In this document: piece by piece, positions 26,501-32,991 of the stretch | Layout of the letters: each line of letters opens with the position of its first letter | Numbering within the stretch: position 1 is the stretch's first letter | Source: Myxococcota bacterium | Lineage (GTDB): Bacteria > Myxococcota_C > UBA6777 | DNA length: 32,991 nt | Assembly (NCBI GenBank): GCA_023150835.1 | Contig: JAKLKB010000005.1 | Coordinates: 62,001 to 94,991 of the forward strand | Direction of reading: 5' to 3' | The notes under the pieces: generated by a model | Databases searched by the model: none | Told to the model about the DNA's origin: nothing | Seen by the model: the letters and a program-made list of their open reading frames with translations, nothing else | Made by a program: the position numbers and the translations under genes

Positions 26501-27874
26501 ATGAACGCTTTCGCGAAACGATGGAAACGATTCGGATTCTACGGCATATTGGGCGGATGGCTTGCGATCACGAGCTACCTCGCCGCTTGCCAAGCCAATG
26601 TCGACTTGATCAGCGAAAAACGCATCATCGACAAGATCGAAGGTAGCCCCCGCTGCGAACAAGGTCTCCGCGTCGTCGAAGGACAAAGCGGCACCGCCAC
26701 CCTTCGCGTCTACCTCGTCGATGACGGCAGCGAAGAGATCCCCCCCGGTCGCTTGCAAAGTACCACCACGCCCTTCACCGTCAAAGACAACCTCAGCCTC
26801 CGCCCCAACACCATCCGCGTCATCGACGCCGACACGGGCGCACAAGCCAACGGCGTCACCGCCAACCTCACCCTCGTCGATCAAGCCGACAGCGCCAACT
26901 GGATCCAAGAAAACCCCAACTATGCGCTCGTCAAACAAAACGCTGAAAACCTCCGCGCACCCCGCGCTGTCTCCCTTCTGATCGACATGAGCGAAACTGC
27001 CGCTGGACCCGACTTTAGCATGACACGTGGCTCTTCTCCTACAGGTTGGCTTCTTTCGGTCTTCAATCAAAATCAACAACGCGGAAACCTCGATGCCTTG
27101 GCCGTTTTGCTCATGAAAAATAACCTCTTCACCCGCACCGACAACCTCTTCCTCGGTACCGACACCAACCTCCAACTGATCGGGGCCAGCGCACAGCCCC
27201 GTGGATTCGTCGTCACCAGCGCCGACGGAAAAGATATCCTCAGTCGTGGCCTCCTCAACCTCAGCAACGGCACCGTCAACCTCAACGCCCCTCTCTACGG
27301 AACTGTCCGTGAAGCCGCTGTCCTCACCCGCGACGTAAGCTGGGATGAAAGCGCCAATGCCATCAGTAACCCCGCTGTCATCGCTCTCTCCCTCTCCCAA
27401 GACGCACACGTCCTTTCCCCCAAAGACGTCGCCGATGACTTCGCCAACGCACAAGCCGGCTTGCGCGGACAAAACTCCCAATTTGTCCCCTTTATGGGCA
27501 TCACCTACCCCAAACCCGCCGGCGTCAAAAACGAAGCTTGGGAAGACCACCTCAACAAACTGTGCGAACTCGCCCGCGTCGCGGGCACAGGCGGAGCCAA
27601 CTACTTCGGCCAAGTCTTCTTTGTTCGCAAAGATCTTGAGATCGTCACAGGCGAACGCCGCGAACTTCAAAACAGCGTCCGCGATCAACTTGATATGGCC
27701 TTCCACGCCATGGGCGGATGGCTTGAACTCAAAGTCTCCTACCAGCTCTCGGGCGCACAGGCCGGAAAACGCTACCTCGTTGCCTTCGGACTCAATGGCA
27801 AATTTCTTGGCGAAACCACCGAAAAAAGCAGCAAAAACAACGAATCATTCTTGATCTTTGAAGTCAAATCCTGA
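26501..27874 (+). CDS. Lipoprotein with a probable degenerate vWA domain (possibly CglB-like adhesin)
   Basis: Signal peptide ending YLAA-C; RAVSLLIDMSET (MIDAS DxSxS-like), APLYGTV and PAVIALS; GGAAGG RBS before ATG 26501. Confidence 0.6.
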   Translation: MNAFAKRWKRFGFYGILGGWLAITSYLAACQANVDLISEKRIIDKIEGSPRCEQGLRVVEGQSGTATLRVYLVDDGSEEIPPGRLQSTTTPFTVKDNLSLRPNTIRVIDADTGAQANGVTANLTLVDQADSANWIQENPNYALVKQNAENLRAPRAVSLLIDMSETAAGPDFSMTRGSSPTGWLLSVFNQNQQRGNLDALAVLLMKNNLFTRTDNLFLGTDTNLQLIGASAQPRGFVVTSADGKDILSRGLLNLSNGTVNLNAPLYGTVREAAVLTRDVSWDESANAISNPAVIALSLSQDAHVLSPKDVADDFANAQAGLRGQNSQFVPFMGITYPKPAGVKNEAWEDHLNKLCELARVAGTGGANYFGQVFFVRKDLEIVTGERRELQNSVRDQLDMAFHAMGGWLELKVSYQLSGAQAGKRYLVAFGLNGKFLGETTEKSSKNNESFLIFEVKS

Positions 27875-28007
27875 ATACTGCGCCTCCTTGTCCCTACGGT
27901 TGTCGCTCTCAACCCGTCCAACACACGGGTCGCCCTGTTCGGATCTTGAAGAATCAGACCTGCCATCGACCTCGATCGATCGTGCTAGAAGAAGATGGGA
28001 TTTCCAC

Positions 28008-28736
28008 ATGAGATATCGGTTCCGACTCCTGTTGTATGTTTTCGCTTTGTCTGCGCTGCTCCCTACCCCCCAAGCCTCCGCACAATCCGTCGGAGAACAG
28101 ATCGCCATCATCACCGAACGCGCCAACCAAAAAAGCGGTCGCTTCGAGATCGGTGCCTTCTTTGGCTGGGTCGCCAACAACCCCTACCTCACCTACCTCC
28201 CCCTCGAAGGACGCTTGGCCTTCCACTTCGCCGAAGGCTTCTCCTTTGAAGGCACTTTTGGCTACTATCCACCCTTTGGCTCCGGCCAAAACCGCTACTC
28301 CGGACCCCTGCGCAATCGCCTGATCGAAGATCTGCGCAGCGACCCCCATTACGTCCGCGTCGAAGTCTTTGAACAACAAGAACTCTACGGGCATTTTGAC
28401 CTCCAATGGACTCCCCTCTACGGAAAGATCTACACCGAAGGCATCAAAGCCCTCGGTCATTGGGAGATCTACCTCCAACTCGGCGCAGGCTTTATCGGCG
28501 TCCTCGACTTTGAAAACTCCGGCAGCAACACCAACCGCGAACGCAATCCCATGCGTATGCGACCCACCGTCAACTTCGGCGCGGGTACACGCTTTTGGCT
28601 CCTTGATTGGCTCACCCTCCGCCTCGATGTGCGACACTTCCTGTTCCAACGCCAATTCGGAAACGGGGGCGTCACCCAAAACCTCACCGTCGCTTTGGGC
28701 CTCTCTTTTGTCTTGCCGAGCCTTTATCGCCGTTAA
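28008..28736 (+). CDS. Outer-membrane beta-barrel protein, GltA/GltB-like
   Basis: Signal peptide; KSGRFEIGAFFGWVANNPY, WTPLYGK, YLQLGAG and GAGTRFWLLDWLTLRLDVR; amphipathic terminal strand. Confidence 0.75.
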   Translation: MRYRFRLLLYVFALSALLPTPQASAQSVGEQIAIITERANQKSGRFEIGAFFGWVANNPYLTYLPLEGRLAFHFAEGFSFEGTFGYYPPFGSGQNRYSGPLRNRLIEDLRSDPHYVRVEVFEQQELYGHFDLQWTPLYGKIYTEGIKALGHWEIYLQLGAGFIGVLDFENSGSNTNRERNPMRMRPTVNFGAGTRFWLLDWLTLRLDVRHFLFQRQFGNGGVTQNLTVALGLSFVLPSLYRR

Positions 28737-28776
28737 TCCGCGCCTTGCGCGCTTATGATTGTTGGAGCATCCCCTC

Positions 28777-29577
28777 ATGCGTATCCGAAGCCTCTTTGTC
28801 TTGTTCTTTGTTTTGGGACTGACGATCCCCCAAACCGTACGCGCTGCCGAAGACGATCTCGACAAGCCTTTGGGCCATCCCCTCGAAAAAGGCGATCAGG
28901 CCGCAGCACCCGTCGCCAAAGGCATCTTCCTCGCCACCGACGTCGGCTTGCTCACTTTCTTGCCCGGTATCGGTGACGGCGCGCTGATGTATCGCGGTGG
29001 CATGATGCTCACCTTCCGCCTCGGCGGACAGATCACCCCCAACATCAAACTCTACGGCCGCCTCGGTGCTACACTCCTTGACAACACCGTCTGCGCACGA
29101 AACCCCAACCCCACCGACAAAGAATGTGAAGGCTTCCCTTATCCGCCTCCTCGCGCAGCACGCCGCCCTCTCGCACGCCAAGGTCTCTCGATCTTCGCAG
29201 GCATCGGTATGCGTTGGGCCTTCCTCAACCTCGACGACCGCTTCATGCTCAACCTGATCGTCGAAGGACTCTTCCAAGCCCTCCCCCCTGACAGCCTACC
29301 CAACGAAAGCACCATCCTACCCAACGAAAAAACAACCCTCGAAAAGAACCACAAATACCGCCTCAATCCGGCCTTTGGTGGCGGGCTCGGCGTCGGCATC
29401 GGTGGGGAGTACTTCTTTTACCTCAAGCACTTCTCCTTCACCTTTGAACTCACCTACTATTTTCTCGCTACGCCCTTCATGCAAGTCGCACCCGGCCAAA
29501 CCAACTCCGGCCTACTCGCCGGCCTCATGGGCCACGCCATCCTCGCCTCCGTTGGACTCAAATACACCTTCAATTAA
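28777..29577 (+). CDS. Outer-membrane beta-barrel protein, GltH/CglE-like
   Basis: Signal peptide (VRA-AE); KGIFLATDVG and GIGGEYFFYLKHFSFTFE resemble the recalled CglE pattern G.EY..L.HFS..E; C-terminus GLKYTF. Confidence 0.65.
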   Translation: MRIRSLFVLFFVLGLTIPQTVRAAEDDLDKPLGHPLEKGDQAAAPVAKGIFLATDVGLLTFLPGIGDGALMYRGGMMLTFRLGGQITPNIKLYGRLGATLLDNTVCARNPNPTDKECEGFPYPPPRAARRPLARQGLSIFAGIGMRWAFLNLDDRFMLNLIVEGLFQALPPDSLPNESTILPNEKTTLEKNHKYRLNPAFGGGLGVGIGGEYFFYLKHFSFTFELTYYFLATPFMQVAPGQTNSGLLAGLMGHAILASVGLKYTFN

Positions 29578-29578
29578 T

Positions 29579-29735
29579 CCCCCAGCATCCGCCCCTCCGC
29601 AACACCCCTCCGCAACACCCCCAGCATCCGCCCCTCCGCAACACCCCTCCGCAACACCCCCAGCATCCGCCCCTCCGCAACACCCCTCCGCAACACCCCC
29701 AGTATCCGTCCATCCGCAACACCCCCAGCATCCGC
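29579..29735. repeat. Intergenic 39-bp tandem repeat built from 13-bp subunits, ~4 copies
   Basis: CCCCCAGCATCCG-CCCCTCCGCAACA-CCCCTCCGCAACA with period 39 (CCCAG at 29581, 29620, 29659, 29698). Confidence 0.95.
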
Positions 29736-29773
29736 ACTCTACAAACCCTATCCCATCTCAAACGATTTTTTGC

Positions 29774-29802
29774 TTGCGCGCACACAGATCTTGTGCTAGA
29801 CA
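29774..29802 (+). promoter_or_regulatory. Possible sigma70-type promoter with extended -10
   Basis: TTGCGC-17 nt-TAGACA, with TG one base upstream of the -10. Confidence 0.35.
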
Positions 29803-29964
29803 TCACGACCCGCGCTTCCAAAGGGTCTGTTCCCACCAAGCGGAACCTTGTTCCCCCCGTTAGACGCGACAAATCAAACGCGGGCGTTTTGCCCGAAGGT
29901 ATGGGCTGCATCGCAACAACGCGATGCCATGCTGGCACCCTTTTGCCATCGAGGAGTCAAGATC

Positions 29965-30378
29965 ATGTCCAAAGCATCCCCCAAAGAAAAAATCCTCTCC
30001 ATCGTTTCCGTTTCAGGCGAAGGCAAGTGGAAAAAACAAGCCGCCGAAGCCAAAGGCAAGTTGGTTCGCGACCTCGCACAACACCTTGAACCCCGCAAAA
30101 ACGAAACCGTCGAAGAGATGCAAGCTCGCCTCCTTGGCGGAAAAGGCGGAAAAGGCGGACTCTCCAACAAAAAACTGCTCAAGCTTCACGGCGTCGTCCA
30201 ACGTCTCAAAACAGAGTTCGGTGGGAAAAAAGAAAATCTCGTCAACGCTTTGATGGACACCCAACGCGGAAAAGACGGCAAAGTCAACGAAGACTACCGC
30301 ACCCACCTCCAGCGCAAAAGCGTTGCAACCCTCTTGCTCCAATTCGACCACGCCAAAAAAGCCGGACGCATCAGCTAA
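29965..30378 (+). CDS. Small Lys-rich helical hypothetical protein (137 aa)
   Basis: GAGGAG RBS before ATG; SPK..KLV..RLLG..NKKLLKLH..FGGKKENLV..DY resembles, from memory, a conserved myxobacterial hypothetical family. Confidence 0.8.
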   Translation: MSKASPKEKILSIVSVSGEGKWKKQAAEAKGKLVRDLAQHLEPRKNETVEEMQARLLGGKGGKGGLSNKKLLKLHGVVQRLKTEFGGKKENLVNALMDTQRGKDGKVNEDYRTHLQRKSVATLLLQFDHAKKAGRIS

Positions 30379-30380
30379 TC

Positions 30381-30472
30381 CGATATCCGCCCGTCGTGTG
30401 ATCGTAGAAGGTTGTACGAAATCTGCCCATCGTGTGATCGCAAAACGCAGGGGCAGACAGGTGTGGCTGCCC
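30381..30472 (+). repeat. REP-associated dispersed element homologous to 5184-5239
   Basis: CGATATCCGCCCGTCGTGTG plus GCAGGGGCAGACAGGTGTGGCTGCCC, matching the minus strand of 5184-5239. Confidence 0.75.
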
Positions 30473-30621
30473 AACAATCGGGTGTCTACGCACTATCCTA
30501 CGGGAACACTTCACTCGGATATCGTATAATCCACACACATCCACACACCGCCCTCTCTCTACACACCGCCCCTCGCCTCCCCCTCCAACATCCCAAGCAC
30601 CCGCATCCCCTGACCTCTACC

Positions 30622-31419
30622 CTAAGGCCGCGTGTAGAAATACACCAACAAGATCGTTGCCATCGTCCAGAGATAGGGCGTAAACCAATACAGTTTGCCT
30701 TGACGCACCACGCGCAACAACCACGACAACACAAAAAATCCCGTCACTCCCGCCACGATACCCCCCACCAAAAAGGGTAAGAGTCCCTCCAAGCTCTGCA
30801 ACTTCCGCAACTCCAACAGCGCAGCCCCCACGATCGCTGGAATCGCCAACAAAAACGAAAACCGACCTGCTTCGTCTCGACGCATCCCCACGATCAACGC
30901 GAACGTGATCGTCGTTCCCGAACGGCTGATCCCGGGCGTGATCGCCAACCCTTGCGCGATACCAATGATCAACGCAGGCATCCAACCGAGGCTCGCACAC
31001 GTCCGCTCCCCTTCCCTCAAAAATCGCGTCATCAACAACAACCCCCCCGTCACCACAAACATCCATGCCACCGTCACCGACGACACCCCCTCAAAATACT
31101 TCTTCGCCGACAAACCGATCACCGCCGTCGGAAACGTCGCCGCACCGATCCAAAAGATCTCCGACAAACCCTGCCTGCGTTGCGCTTGCTCCAACCCCAT
31201 CCCTCCCAACACAGCTTTGACGTACACCACCAACGAATCCCGAAACGCCCACAACACCGCAAACAACGTCCCCACATGCACCACAATACTAAACAACAGA
31301 TCTTTCTCGTTGGAACCTAAAAAATGCTGCGCGATCTTCAAGTGCCCGCTCGACGATACTGGCAAGAACTCTGTGAACCCCTGTATGATCCCCAAAACGA
31401 TAGCCTCTAAAAAACCCAA
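30622..31419 (-). CDS. uppP: Undecaprenyl-diphosphate phosphatase (BacA/UppP)
   Basis: IQGFTEFLPVSSSGH, HVGTLFAV, QGLAITPGISRSGTT and FSFLLAIP; TTG start after AAGGAG. Confidence 0.95.
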   Translation of the reverse strand: MGFLEAIVLGIIQGFTEFLPVSSSGHLKIAQHFLGSNEKDLLFSIVVHVGTLFAVLWAFRDSLVVYVKAVLGGMGLEQAQRRQGLSEIFWIGAATFPTAVIGLSAKKYFEGVSSVTVAWMFVVTGGLLLMTRFLREGERTCASLGWMPALIIGIAQGLAITPGISRSGTTITFALIVGMRRDEAGRFSFLLAIPAIVGAALLELRKLQSLEGLLPFLVGGIVAGVTGFFVLSWLLRVVRQGKLYWFTPYLWTMATILLVYFYTRP

Positions 31420-31432
31420 TGTTTTTTCTCCT

Positions 31433-31461
31433 TTTCACCCAGATAGGCCCTGTGCTAAAGT
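31433..31461 (+). promoter_or_regulatory. Possible extended -10 promoter for the NlpC/P60-like gene
   Basis: TTTCAC-17 nt-TAAAGT with TG-n before the -10. Confidence 0.35.
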
Positions 31462-31619
31462 GGGGCGCTTGTGGGTACAATCACCCAAGCATTGCGCCAC
31501 ACCAAACCATCTACCCAACAAAGGACGTGATCCGACACACAAGATCAAGAAATATCACCGCGCACTCCCTATCCACCGAACATCCGTGCGCTTGGCACTT
31601 CTCGAAACATAGGCGGTCC

Positions 31620-32630
31620 ATGCACATCACCCAACGCAACCACCCAACTCCGCGCTCCTTGGGGATCTTCCTCTTTGCACTTTTCCTTGGAGGATGCGCT
31701 TCCCAAAAAGCCACCCTCCACGATGACCACCTCTTCGGCGACTCCACCGCACACCAAGCCCTCCTTCATCCCCCTCCCCCTCCCCCTCCCACCGCCACAC
31801 CCTCCCCCCCCAAAGAGATCACCCTCCCAAAACTTCCTCTGTCTGTTCCCGGTGTTGTTTCGCCCCTTCCTTCCGCTCCTTCCGCCCCCATCACTCGCCT
31901 CTGGCCCGCCCCCGCACGTTTTCCGCTCTGGCAATTAGCTTCCCAACCGCGCATCGCTCTTTTGCGACAGCGCCTCGTCCATCTCGCAAGCCAGCCTCTC
32001 CCCTCTAAAAAAATCTTGCGCTATCGCGGGCAATCCTTCCGTTATGATTGCTCTGGCTATGTCTCTTTTGCTTACGCACACCTCGGATTCTCCTTGCTCA
32101 CCAACACCGACGCTCTCGATAGTGCTGAACCCGCCAACGGCGTCAAACGCATCTACCATTACAGCCGACACATCGGCGCATTTCACGATCGCAAGATCCC
32201 AAGCATCGGTGACTTGGTCTTTTGGCATGGCACGTATGATGTCAATCACGATGGCCGTCTCGACGATCCTTGGACGCACATCGCCATCGTCGAATCCGTG
32301 GATCAACGCGGCACCATTACATTTTTACACGCGGAAAAAAACCGCATCCGCCGTGGCCGCATGAATCTCTTGCTACCGCACCATCAACGTGATACCAACT
32401 ACAACACGTCTCTGCGACGCTGTCGGTTTCCATCCGATCGCTGCCATACCAGCGAGCTTTGGGCTGGATTTGCAACCCTTCTCAAAAACCCACTGCCTCC
32501 GCATCTTGATGGCTCTTTCCTTGCCTCCCGACGCTCGCAACGCGAACCCGCAACACCCCGTCTCCCTTTCTATTCACGACCCCCACGCCACACACGATCA
32601 CGGCGATGGTTGGTCCAACGAGACCTCTAA
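31620..32630 (+). CDS. NlpC/P60 (CHAP-like) cysteine peptidase lipoprotein with Pro-rich linker
   Basis: Lipobox FLGG-C; catalytic YDCSGYV; IGDLVFW..TYD..DGRLDD..THIAIV. Confidence 0.85.
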   Translation: MHITQRNHPTPRSLGIFLFALFLGGCASQKATLHDDHLFGDSTAHQALLHPPPPPPPTATPSPPKEITLPKLPLSVPGVVSPLPSAPSAPITRLWPAPARFPLWQLASQPRIALLRQRLVHLASQPLPSKKILRYRGQSFRYDCSGYVSFAYAHLGFSLLTNTDALDSAEPANGVKRIYHYSRHIGAFHDRKIPSIGDLVFWHGTYDVNHDGRLDDPWTHIAIVESVDQRGTITFLHAEKNRIRRGRMNLLLPHHQRDTNYNTSLRRCRFPSDRCHTSELWAGFATLLKNPLPPHLDGSFLASRRSQREPATPRLPFYSRPPRHTRSRRWLVQRDL

Positions 32631-32651
32631 AGCATCGGCAACACAAGCATC

Positions 32652-32991
32652 ATGGCCAAAAAAAACCAATCCCCCAAACCTGAAACTCCTCAATCCTCCG
32701 CAAATCCTCTCCCTTCACTACCTGTCAAAAAAATCTCCGCAACCGCTCGAATTCTGCTCGAACTCGACCGCCCACGTTCTACTCCTCAACCCGCCCCCTC
32801 CACAAAAACCGACCCCTCCGCACCTACAAAACAGACCTCCGCAAAGGCCGAATCCTCCGCATCTACAAAACAGACCTCCGCAAAGGCCGAATCCTCCGCG
32901 CCTACAAAACAGACCTCCGCAAAGGCCGAATCCTCCGCGCCTACAAAACAGACCTCCGCAAAGGCCGAATCCTCCGCATCTACAAAACAGA
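32652..32991 (+). CDS. 5' part of a low-complexity hypothetical protein running off the right edge
   Basis: ATG 32652, 21 nt after the previous stop; open to the edge (MAKKNQSPKPETP...SAPTKQTSAKAES repeats). Confidence 0.6.
   Translation, partial: MAKKNQSPKPETPQSSANPLPSLPVKKISATARILLELDRPRSTPQPAPSTKTDPSAPTKQTSAKAESSASTKQTSAKAESSAPTKQTSAKAESSAPTKQTSAKAESSASTKQ
32817..32991. repeat. 39-bp in-frame tandem repeat, at least 4 copies (encodes SAPTKQTSAKAES)
   Basis: Unit TCCGCRYCTACAAAACAGACCTCCGCAAAGGCCGAATCC. Confidence 0.95.

Noticed and set aside
1-32991. Prophage, IS, integrase, retron or rRNA/tRNA genes
   Set aside because: No transposase, integrase, reverse transcriptase or phage structural motifs and no tRNA/rRNA signatures were seen; the excisionase-like HTH belongs to the B12 regulator.

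Overview
A 33-kb chromosomal window, most likely from a Myxococcota-type deltaproteobacterium. The lineage call is inferred from GltA/B- and GltH/CglE-like outer-membrane barrels, a MYXO-CTERM-like tail, and DUF4388-like and FrgA-like proteins. The left third is a minus-strand carotenoid cluster: a B12-binding CarH-like regulator coupled by a GTGA overlap to one ~1008-aa protein that fuses a CruF-type hydratase, a trans-prenyltransferase and phytoene synthase CrtB, then crtI, a repeat-laden SAM methyltransferase and a membrane-anchored non-specific endonuclease. Next come a four-gene coupled plus-strand operon (STAND-like ATPase, small ORF, hypothetical, HisKA-like/receiver protein) and a minus-strand envelope block (MshEN/HEAT FrgA-like protein, lipoprotein, matrixin, DAACS symporter, DUF4388-like protein, PQQ-propeller lipoprotein). 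The right part has a hairpin-dense intergenic region, speD-speE, a PP2C-cNMP phosphatase, a gliding-motility-like outer-membrane trio, a small basic protein, uppP, an NlpC/P60-like lipoprotein and a partial repeat protein. Tandem repeats are abundant and GTAG-type REP palindromes are present. No rRNA, tRNA, CRISPR array or transposase was seen. The best candidates for something new are the triple carotenoid fusion (whose prenyltransferase carries long-chain signatures), the structured region at 22.5-22.85 kb, the coupled ATPase operon and the rearranged gliding module. All family calls come from motif recognition by eye; no database search was run.
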